From Moniliella sp. 'wahieum' (taxonomy: Eukaryota): a stretch of 64,000 bases of DNA. The notes beneath the pieces were generated by a model. The model saw only the letters and a list, made by a program, of their open reading frames with translations, had not been told where the DNA came from and ran no database searches. The position numbers were made by a program, and so were the translations under genes. Of the stretch, positions 1 through 11,622 are shown piece after piece. Numbering within the stretch: the stretch's first letter is position 1; the number at the start of each line of letters is the position of its first letter. The stretch spans positions 372,001 to 436,000 of the forward strand of contig RSEE01000051.1 of assembly GCA_003971905.1 (NCBI GenBank). Reading direction: 5' to 3'.

Positions 1-791
1 GAGCGGCTCTGGGAGCGCCCCAGCGGCGGCGGCTGCGGCACCTGGAGCGAGTTGCCCCCCGTCTGCTGCATACCAGGTGCCAGCAGACCCGGGTTGGCCA
101 AGTGCGAGTCGGCATCGTCTGTACCGGTCCCAAGCTCGACATCAACAAAGTCGACCTTGAGATTCTTTTCCGTCTTGACACCAATCAAGAGGGGCGAGCC
201 GCGGCGAGCGCAGACCATCTCGCCCGGGTAGTGGGTCGACTTAAAGACGAAGGAGAAGGCACCCTCGAGCTCCTTGATGACGCTCTTGATCAGGTTGGTA
301 AAGTTGGGCTTGTGGTGTTGACGCAGAGCCTCGGTGTAGAGGTAGAGGCAGAGCTTGGCCACGGCCTCCGTGTCGGTCTCGGTCTCGAACTGGAACCCCT
401 TCTTCTCGAGAACGAGCTTGAGCTCCTTGTAGTTGGTGATAATGCCGTTGTGGACGACGGTGAACTGGTTTTTGATGTCAGAGCGGTGCGGGTGGCAGTT
501 CATCGGGGTCGGTTGGCCGTGGGTAGCCCAGCGGGTATGGGCCATGCCCATGTGGGAGCTAAAGTTTTTGTCAAAGTCGACGGGGCTCTCGTCGATGTGC
601 TTGCGCAGAGCAGCGACCTTGCCGACCTGCTTGAAGATGAGAACGTCGTCGGGCGTGTCGCCATCAACAGCGATACCGGCCGAGTCGTAGCCGCGGTACT
701 CGAGGCGGGCGAGGCCATTGACGAGGTTGTCAACAATCTGGCGCCGGGAGCGGTCGGTGAGGTGGTTGGCGTAGGCAAAGATGCCGCACAT
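1..791 (-). CDS. GFA1: Glutamine--fructose-6-phosphate aminotransferase, N-terminal glutaminase domain (runs off window edge)
   Basis: My translation from ATG at 791: MCGIFAYANHLTDRSRRQIVDNLVNGLARLEYRGYDSAGIA...GMAHTRWATHG...NCHPHRSD...VVHNGIITNY. This has the class-II GATase Cys2, LEYRGYDSAG and HTRWATHG motifs. Confidence 0.96.
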   Translation of the reverse strand, partial: MCGIFAYANHLTDRSRRQIVDNLVNGLARLEYRGYDSAGIAVDGDTPDDVLIFKQVGKVAALRKHIDESPVDFDKNFSSHMGMAHTRWATHGQPTPMNCHPHRSDIKNQFTVVHNGIITNYKELKLVLEKKGFQFETETDTEAVAKLCLYLYTEALRQHHKPNFTNLIKSVIKELEGAFSFVFKSTHYPGEMVCARRGSPLLIGVKTEKNLKVDFVDVELGTGTDDADSHLANPGLLAPGMQQTGGNSLQVPQPPPLGRSQSR

Positions 792-1594
792 GGTGTGGAG
801 AGGGTGAGACGGAGGGGGGGGAGAGAACGAGGGACAAAGACGGGAGGGACCACGACGGGGAGGGGAGGGGAGGGGACGGCTAGGAAATGGGGCGGGTGAG
901 CGGTGGGATGGAGAAGATGGTGGTGGCGGGGGTAGAAGAGCGGGGACGTGGCTGCTGCCCAGCGCCTCCGCCGGCCCGCCGTTTGATCCGACCTTTTCCG
1001 GCCCCACCCAGCGATCGCCGCCGCATGCGCTGCGTCGGACACGGGCGCCGTGCGGGCACTGGGCGTGCAGCAGGGATGCTGTCGTGGACACTGACAGAAT
1101 GCGAGGGGCAGGCTGAGAACTGGCCCGCAGCCTGGGCCTGCGCCACCCTGTGACTGTACACTGCCTCTGCGCCCGCCTGCGCGGGAGCGCCGGCCTGGCG
1201 CCGGCGGCAGGCGCCGCCCCCGCCCGCACTAGCTCGCTCTGGCCGCGCCGATCGGCGCTGGGGCGTCCGCACGGGGGAGAAGGGCGGCTTACACTGCTGG
1301 GGTGCGGGCGGCAGCGCCCCGCCAACGCAGCTGTGCGCCCGGCCGATCGCCCCCGTGCAGCCGGCGGCGGGGCAGGGGGCCAGTGCGAGTGCGTGCACTG
1401 GCACAATGGCACGCCGAACGCGCGCGAACGACACGCGGCCCGAGGCAGTGCCAGAGCCTGGTGCCAGGCTGGAGGGGCGCGTGCCTGCTAGGGCCCGAGC
1501 ACTGGTACTGAGTAGGCACCGCCGCGTGTGGCCGCCGCCCTGCCTTGTTCGGCAAGCGGGTGGGCACTGTCGCACACGCGGTCCAACTCGCCAG

Positions 1595-1677
1595 CAACTC
1601 TCAGGACTCAGTAACTCAGGACAGTAACTCAGGACACAGCAACTCAGTACAGCAACTCAGACTCCGTTACTCAGTAC
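1595..1677. repeat. Degenerate ACTCAG/AACTCAG short tandem array
   Basis: About 6-7 ACTCAG-like cores at irregular spacing (ggactcagtaactcaggacagtaactcaggacacagcaactcagtacagcaactcag...ttactcagtac). Confidence 0.75.
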
Positions 1678-3402
1678 GCGCCACTCGACTGAGTCTTCTC
1701 CTCGGGCCCCTTCCGCCACCGGACTGGCCAATGGTTCGATGGCGTGCGTGCCACCGCCTGTCCACAGCAGATCCCCACTCGCCGCTTTGCCTGCTGTGCC
1801 CTCGCCGTCCGATCCTGCTCAGCACACCCACCAACCACCAACCTCCATCAACAATCCTTCGCCCTTTCCCCCGTGCCTCACATATCCTCACATGTCACAC
1901 CTCACATGCTCACCCTTACACCCACTGCTGCCCTCTCGGGTGCTCGGGAAAACGTACCGTGGGCAAACCAAGGGCCGGCAGCAGTGGTGCATGAGGCCTG
2001 AGGGAGACGCCTCAGCCTCAGCCTCAGCCTGAAGCCTCGGCATCTTAATGTCGCTGCATGTTGCCCGCCCAGCGCAGCATCGCACAGTCCTCCGGTGGCG
2101 GTCTGTGTAACACTGTGACAGAAGGCATGTGTACGCCAATTGCTAATGATTAATGACCCCTCTTTGTCACGGGCGGGCGCCGCCAGGGCCCGCCCTGGGG
2201 TTTTTTGGGGTACAATCCCTTAGGCGACGGTAGGTCGACTCACGGTGGTTTCGGGCTTAGGCTGGTTGGTGTGTCCGAGCGGAGCTAGGGACGAGGAGAG
2301 GCCTTTGGTGGGGCGCTGCACGTGTGGCAAGGCTGCGTCTGCACCGCTTGGCCGTAGTAACGTGTCTGAAGCCTCCGGGACTTAGGACGGGAGGAGGCAG
2401 CGGCGGACAAACACTGCCTTAACTGGAACTGGGAATCGCGCGACGACCGAAGGAGGGCTCGCGCGATTGGACTGACGAAGGGCTGGAGGACGAGGTCGGA
2501 GGAGATGTCGAACGCTAACAAGAGGAGCTGCCTGTACTGGATCAATTGGCTGGAAACGGACAGGAGTCGGACAGGATAGGCGGGAAAGGGACGAAATGGA
2601 GGGTGGAGACGAGATGACGAGAATGGAAGGTAGGGGAAAAGATCCCCATCAACCAGGGTATACAGGCAGGATCAAAAGGGAAACGGATACAAGAGGGGTG
2701 TAGAAAGGAAGACATGTCAAAGCGGGGTTGGTCGCCACAGGCGCGACCGAGAAAGGAAACGGAAACGGGGACGGGCGGCAGATGCCGCCACGGCACTGGA
2801 AGCTTGGTGGCCTTATTTAGGCCGGCCGACTTGGACTTGGGCGGGGGGCGACTATTGTCGCGCGAAGCATGGCCCTTCGGCCACGATACTTAATTTAGCC
2901 AACCATCATCACACTTGATTGGCCTGCGGTGCACGCTCTACTTGGCATGTGCGGAGCAGGCGGGCCTTAGCTTGGGTCGGACCATCTCGTGTCCGCCGCA
3001 GCCCGTGACACTCTTCTTCACCCGCGGTTCGGCATTTGGGACCCCGATTGGGACAAATACCAAGATGGTACCATCACTACCCCACCGTGCCAAAAGGTCC
3101 AAGAATCCATCATGCGCGCGGCGTGGGAGGAGGGCCGTTCGCATATACCGGCTGTACTTTGCGTCTCAGAGGCTGGCTATCGACGGGAATAATCCAGAGA
3201 ATTCAGAACCACCGTTGACGTTGACAACCCTGCACGGTTGACAAAACCCACCGCAGGATCTTGTAGGAGGCCCCGGCTGTGTACTGGCAGAATTAGGTGG
3301 GAACACGCGCCATCGACAGCCCTGCGTGCGTGTGTGGAACGCCTCCAGAGGAAACCCTGCATACAACAGTTGTAGACCCACGCGCAACACACCCAAAAAA
3401 AG

Positions 3403-3501
3403 TGCGGCCGCCGGGAATCGAACCCGAACCTTCAGCTGCCCCCAGCCGTTGCAATGCGAACCAACTTGGAAGGCTAAAATCTACCTTTAAACTACAGCCG
3501 C
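3403..3501 (-). tRNA. tRNA-Gly(TCC) with ~29-nt intron (3438-3466)
   Basis: Reverse complement folds as a cloverleaf: acceptor GCGGCTG/CGGCCGC, anticodon stem TTAGC/GCTGA with loop CT-TCC-A and an intron after base 37, T-arm TCGGGTTCGATTCCCGG, then an oligo-T Pol III terminator. Confidence 0.93.
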
Positions 3502-3913
3502 GATTGGGATGAGCATGGACTGTACAGGTTTTGTACAGCTATGGAGATAGTGCGATACACCTGCATGGTTCACTAGTGAACGCAGTGCTCGTGGACTACT
3601 TCTAGACCCCGCCGTTAGAAAGGGTGGTCTCAGCTACACCACTGACAGTACTGACACGGGCTATTTGTAGACACGGATCGGAGGTACTATATGCGAGGGG
3701 AAAGGACCTATATCGGCGGAAAGACGTCGTATCGACTCACAAGGTGAACCATAGCATACCATACCATACTATACTACCACACCATTCGATACCACCACCA
3801 CACCAGACCATAAGGTACCCTACCTGGCTCGATACCGAACCATGGACGGCGGTTTAGCAGCGATCCCAAGGCCCAGGCAAGCGCGCCAGCCTGTTAGGCT
3901 TTCATCGACCATC

Positions 3914-6142
3914 TCAGGCCATGCTTTCTGCCTGCTGCTTCAACTCGCGCTTCAACAACTTGCCCGAGGAACTTTTAGGCAGCGCGTCGACCCATTCGAT
4001 ACCATGGATCTTTTTGTACCCAGCCATTTGACCATTGACTTGTTTGAGCAGTTCGGCCGTGCGCGAGGCCACGTCCAACTTGCGTGCTTGCGCCGACGGC
4101 ACGACAAATGCCCAAGGTACTTCGTCCACTAGGGCCGCGAGGCCTTCCGGGGCTTGCGGGGGAACGCTTTCCACGTCCTGCGAGGACGGGGCAACAGGGT
4201 CGGCTGGCGTATGCGCTTGCGTATGCGTATCCGCTTGCGAATGTGCTTGCAATTGCTGTGCGCGTGTGCGGCGGAGTGCGGTAGAGCGTCGGACGCCGAT
4301 GACGGCCGCATCGGTGACCAAGGCCGATTCGAACAGATGATCTTCCAGTTCCTTGGGCGAGACTTGAAACCCATTCATCTTGATGACGTCTTTGACGCGG
4401 CTGGTGAGGCGCAGTTGACCACGGAACAAGGCCTCTTTAGCCCAATCGGACGAACCGAGACTGGTACCGGAATCTATGCAACCGATATCGCCAGTTTTCA
4501 ACCAAGCTCCCGGGAGTAAAGGGTCGCACGTGTCCTCTGCGACCCTTGCTCCTTCAAATGTGGCTAAGACCGCATCGCCTCCTAGGTACCCCAACATCAT
4601 CTGAGGTCCACGGACGTACACCTCGCCCTCTTGTCCGACCGGTACGTCCTTGCCCGTATCGAGATCCACGATCCGAGCGCCCGTTCCCGGTGCCAAGTTG
4701 CCCACCCCGCCCGCTTTTCGCTGCCACAGTCATATTCTGCAGTGCGACAATCGGGGTCATTTCCGACAACCCCCAGCCGTCAGTGACGATCGTGCCGATC
4801 CGACGGTTGACTTGGGCCTTGATTTGGTCCGGCAGCGGAGCGGCTCCGGAAGCGACATGTTTTAAGCTGGAGAGGTTGTACTGGTCCACCAAGGGGTGCT
4901 GGGCCAGCGCAAGAAGGATGGGCGGCACAACATAGGCAAATGTAACGTTGTGGGTCTGCACAGTCTCCAGAAAAGATTCGAGATGGAAGCGAGCAAACAC
5001 GATGCGCGGCGTGGCGGTGTAGAGGGCGACAAATTGGGTGACCAAACCATAGGCGTGGAAGGTGGGCAAGATGTCCAGATGGAAATGCCGGTTGGCAGGG
5101 TGAGCCGGGACCCAGGCCGCAGGCAAGCCTGCTGAGCTTCCCTCGGGCAACGATTTCTGGTCCCAGGGTTTGAGCTGGGGCAGGTAGGTTTGGGCCAAGG
5201 GAGGGTAGAAGTCGTCGGCCATGAGCACGTAGAGCTGGAGCACGTTCGAGACCAGGTTGCGGTGCGAGATGCGCAACGCTTTGGGAAGTCCCGATGTGCC
5301 CGAGCTGCAACAAGGAAAAAAAAAGAGTTGCGATGTCAGAGACGTGCGATCAGAGGAGAAAACGAAGAAGAAGAGGAGAAAAGGAGGGGGGTACTCACCT
5401 AAAGCAGTACAATGCATCGTCCAATTGAGGGTCGATCGAGACCGAGTCCAAGATCTCGGTGCGCTTGTTCCAGGCCTCTTTGGACGGGCGGAGCAAAAAG
5501 TGGGCATAGCTCCAGGGCGAATCCTCATCAAAGACTAGGACCGGGGGTGGGGACGGCAGTGGGTCCAGACCGTGGAAGTGGAAGCCTTTCTCTTGACCCG
5601 AAGCGAGCTTGGCTGCCTCGGTAGCGGTGTCAAAGGTGCCATTGGTGGCAACGATGAGCTGGGTGTTGGTGCGGAGCAGTTGGTGGGCAACTCGGCAGCT
5701 TTGGCAGCTGGGTTGCACACCGCCGGCACGGCTCCGGCCAGCTGGAGACCAAGGACGACCGTAGTATAGTCATGTTGGTTGGTGCTGAACAGGGCGACGA
5801 CGGCCTTGCGGGCCACGGGCGGCACAGGAGCGTGGCCAGGGCGGCACCGGCTGGGCCGTCGGAAAGGACTGGGTGGGCGGAGCGAGAGGGAGACGGCGAT
5901 GCGGGCAGAGAGGTCGCGGACGTCGTTTGCACTGAGGCCCGAGCGGGTGTCGGGCGCGGGGGCAGGCTGGGTCGTCGGGGAGGGGCTGGCTGGGCGCGGG
6001 GCGCGGGTGGAGGGGGATGAGCAGGGGCGTGTCGGCGTCGGTGCGGGCGGGCTGGGGAGCGGAGGCGGCGTCGCGGAGGAGGTGCGGGAGGGGGAGGCGG
6101 GCACGACGAGGTCGCCGTAGGGGAGAGGGTGGTGGAGGGCAT
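3914..6142 (-). CDS. 4-coumarate-CoA ligase-like acyl-CoA synthetase (ANL adenylate-forming family); intron 5305-5398; frameshifted
   Basis: Splicing GTGAGT...TTGCAG rebuilds the P-loop YCFSSGTSGLPK. Other motifs: LPTFHAYGL, SGAAPL, DGWGLSE, RGPQMMLGY, WLKTGDIG, KMNGFQVSPKELE, LPKSSSGKLLKR. Confidence 0.9.
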
Positions 6143-6295
6143 GGGGGCGTGGTGGGGGGTCGAAGGGATCTGGGCCGCAGAGCGTCTCGGCGGGGCTCGG
6201 GGTTCGGCGGGGGAAGCAGTGGCAGCGCAGGCGACGCTGCGTGGGTGACGCGCAGGCAATACGGCCGGGCTGAATGGGCAGCTGCAGGGGGCCGA

Positions 6296-6443
6296 GCCAG
6301 TGCAGGCCAGTGCAGGCCAGTGCAGGCCAGTGCAGGCCAGTGCAGGCCAGTGCAGGCCAGTGCAGGCCAGTGCAGGCCAGTGCAGGCCAGTGCAGGCCAG
6401 TGCAGGCCAGTGCAGGCCAGTGCAGGCCAGTGCAGGCCAGTGC
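6296..6443. repeat. Perfect 10-bp tandem repeat (TGCAGGCCAG) x14 plus partial flanks
   Basis: 14 identical units at 6301-6440, directly visible. Confidence 0.98.
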
Positions 6444-6857
6444 CCAGGTGCTGCGTCCGGCCAGCCGGGACAGGCTGGAGCGGTTGGATCGGCTGCATGC
6501 GTCCCGCTTCCCCTGGCCGTCCGTGCCTCGTGGCTCGTCGTGCTCCGCCAGTCCGTACCGTAACCCCGCCAAACGTCACCCCACGTGACCAGCACTGCTT
6601 GCACCGAGTAGTCGCCTATCATGCATCATGCATCATGCGCCGCACATCATGCATCACGGCTGTGGGACAGACTGAGGATATAGCTACGAGACCTCCGCCA
6701 AGCCAGCCCCCACAGACCGAGGTTGCAACACAGTATGGATTGGGCTTGGGCAATCCAATCGTACGGTTGGATGGGAGGGGCACGGGTAGAGGGGTAAGTG
6801 TTAGTGCTTAACGCCTCACGCGTTACGCGTCCCGTCGTATGCCTTACGCCGTACGCC

Positions 6858-8508
<1,651 letters not shown>

Positions 8509-9149
8509 GGTGGAGAGCGCGGAGGTCGACGGTGGGGAACGAAGAGCACGCCGGGCCTCGGGGGCCTGCGCTCCAAAGCGGACGAGCGGCCAGCACAGAC
8601 CAGCACTTGTCACCGGGAAGAAGCACCGCGCAGCGGGCGGCGCAGCGCCAGTGTGGGGCCGCCCACACTCGGCCCGTGCGGGCGGCGGGGCCCGCAGCCA
8701 GCACAGCAGCCAGCAGCAGCCAGCAGCAGCCAGCAGCAGCCAGCGCGCCCAGTCGGCGCTGCCTTTACTAAGCCTGCGTTCGCCCACCCTATTACGTCAG
8801 CAGCACAATGCGCCGCGTTGATTAAACGTTGATTAATGATTCCGCTGCCCGCTGCGCTGCCAGGATTAATGACAGATCATCGATCATCGGTCATCGATCA
8901 TCCCCCCCAGCGTCCCTCCAGGTCCCTTCCTATCCCTTGCGCTCCCTCGCCATGCCCCGCACCTGTTGTGTGGCTTGACCGCTCTCACACCAGCACCCAC
9001 GCGCTCGCTTCGTTGCCCCCAGGGAATCTATCCAGCGACGGCCAAGGCAAAGGAGCATGATGAGGTGCATAACAAAACTGCCATGGATTACGCTGGCATG
9101 ATGGGGTTGATTAAGCGGGTAGCTGCGGGATGCGACAATACTTCGAGCT

Positions 9150-11084
9150 TCAAAGCACAATCTCTTCGATCCGCTCCTTCTTGGTGCCCAATTTGGGCAG
9201 ACGCACATATACGTCGGTCGAATGGCCCTCGAGCGAGCGGAACGCAATCGACCCTCCGAAAAAGTCACAATACACTTTCGTCATGGGAAGGCCCAGGCCG
9301 GTCTCTCTCATCCCGGATGTCTGCCCGGTCCCCGCGCCGGGCGTGTAGGAGGGCAAGGAGGAAGCAGGCTCGCGAACCGGATGGTCCTGCAACTGTTCCA
9401 TGACCGATCCACGGAACACGCCATGGGACCTGAGCGTGTCCAGCTGCACCTTTGATCCCAATCCGGACGGAGGAGAGGGCGTATCGTGGTCCTCGGTTTC
9501 CTGGCCCTCGGCCATCGTGCCTGCGTGCGGCTTCAACTTCGAGTCGCTTGCGCACATTGGAGAAGGAGCAGAGGTAGCGGATCAGTGCGTCGCGCTCCTC
9601 AGCGTCCTCTTGGGACAAAAAGGACGTATACCCCGCCGCACTCGACGAGATAAAAGGTGTGCGACTGTGCGTCAAGAGTGGCGAGCCATCGTCCCCAAAC
9701 GCAAAGTCGGCGCAGGGAGGTGCTTTGCTTCTGAGTTGGCTCCTACCGAAGCCGAGTGCGGGTGGGCGTGGCGGTGTCGGAGGGGGGAATGTGCCAAGCG
9801 AGACTGGTCAGGCCCGGGGGCGTGAGACGTCCGTGCTGTGGGCGGAGACACCGCGCCAGGGGGCACATATTCCAGCGCGGAGGACCTGAGGGTGTCGGGA
9901 TGAGGCCATCATAGCCTGCCGTTGCACCTCTGGGTCGTGGAACACGATGCCACCCTCTGCTGCGCTCATGTCTGCCCGTCGTCGGGGATGGGTACCGAAG
10001 CAGGTAGGGGCGCGGTAAGGTCCTTGGTCACGTCGGGCAACCCCCCACCCGAATCTGAGAATCGAATGATAATATCCTCGTCTGCGGGCCCTCGACAACG
10101 GTGACGCGAATCGGGACTGGGTCGCGCTTATCCACGGGCCGGTTCATGGTGGACCGCATGGCGTTGGATACCAGTTGAACATGATCCACTCGAGGTGCTC
10201 GGGAACGTATGCGATTCGAGCCCTCAAGTCGCCATCGACAGTGACATGAGGGATGAAGGGATCATCAGGGCGAATCCCCCTCTCAAGGCAAAGATGTTGC
10301 GGAGCAAGTCATCACCTTGAAAATTACCGCGGCGATCGACAGACGTGTATAGATGATGCCGATTTGTGATCCTTCCTCGTCCACAGGTGAAAGGGGAGGG
10401 GGGCGCCTGATGAGAGCTTGGACGAGGAAGACGGGTCAGAAGGGTCACATGCGATGGATCCTCCAATGCTTCCGTCAGGGCAATATGTTGTTCAGCCAGG
10501 ACACGGCGGGAGATACGAGAGCGGAGCATTCTCTGCATAAATGCGTCGAGTTGTGAAGCGGATAGATGGTCCGACGACTCGACAATACCGATGGTGAGAG
10601 ATGGGATGACAGTGAGGTGGTCGTTGAGTAATGTACGGAGCAAGGCACAGAATTTGTCGTTCTGCTCCATCGTCTGAATGCGAGGGAACTTGCGCAGACG
10701 GTCGAAAGCGGTGTAGTAATTGGCATACACACTTTCCATGTGAGGATTGGTCATAACTGCATAGGGTAGGCCTTGGAGGTCGCGAATGCGGTGCGCAATG
10801 CGGACGGCAGCTCTTCCCTCACATAGTTGCCGAGGCAATGAGCTGCGTTCGTCGCGCCCGAGCCAGCAGCGTCCGGCCAAAGAAGATGAGTTGACGCAAG
10901 GTGGTAAGGGTAGCAGGCCGCGCAGCCCACTGGTCGAGGACCTTGTTGAGATAGAAGCGGCGGCTGAGATCCGACGACTTGGTGTCAATTTGGAGCATGG
11001 GCTGTTCGTGCAGAGCACGCAGGGACGCAAGGGCGGGGCCAGGCGGGTGCGGCCGGACGCGGGGGCGGGCACCGAGGGGCGCAT
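9150..11084 (-). CDS. Mitochondrial pyruvate/branched-chain alpha-ketoacid dehydrogenase kinase (PDK/BCKDK family); frameshifted
   Basis: BCDHK A-domain: TTLRQLIFFG, VRIAHRIRDLQGLPY, FMQRMLRSRISRRVLAEQHIAL. GHKL ATPase: SNAMRST, IIRFSDSGGG, GLGLPMTKVYCDFFGGSIAFRSLEGHSTDVYVRLP. Confidence 0.9.
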
Positions 11085-11622
11085 TTGGAAGAGAGGCGAG
11101 TGCAGTAGCAAGCTGCGGGGGGACACGAGGCCTGGCCATCGCAGCGCAGCACGCCAAGGAGGATTGGCGGCGCAGAGCAGGTGGTGGGGGCCACAGTTGG
11201 TGCCTGCCAGTGGATGTATCAGCTGCGCTGGGCATCCCCGCCCAGCTGCCCGCCGCTGGGTTTAGACTGAGCGTCTTCGGCGTTTGCAACATTGCACGGT
11301 GGGCGTCGTGCTTCGCCTGAGCACCCTCCTGCTGTAGGGTTAAGACGTTAAGAGCTGCTGTGCCAGCCTGGAGGTTTCAGCTTCGGGGGCGGCTGGGCCG
11401 CGCCTGGTTATGTCAGCAGCAGCTCGCGCTGAGCTCAGCCCCGCTCCACCTGTGGGTTGGGCAGAAGCACGTGGCTGGCTTGCATGCCCAGTCCGCCCGT
11501 CGTCCTCACCGTCCTCCACGCGCTCGCCAGCCGCCGCACCCGCACCGCACCACCCCCAGCCCTCCCTCCAGCCGCACCACGGCCCGCATCTCCTCCGCCC
11601 CCCGCTCTGCCTCTGTCTGGAC

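Noticed and set aside
102..899. 265-aa plus-strand ORF
   Set aside because: Antisense shadow of GFA1. Long antisense ORFs are expected with high GC3, and the same applies to many long ORFs opposite NUP192, eIF3c and others.
2811..2821. CCTTATTTAGG as a MADS-box CArG site
   Set aside because: It has seven rather than six A/T bases between CC and GG.
3914..6142. Secondary-metabolite cluster around the acyl-CoA ligase
   Set aside because: The neighbours are housekeeping genes, with no PKS/NRPS, tailoring enzyme or transporter.
5535..6811. ORFs with LACTGLHWPA / QCRPVQASAG repeats, and possible CRISPR-like array
   Set aside because: These are translations of the 10-bp minisatellite. There are no spacers, and the context is eukaryotic.
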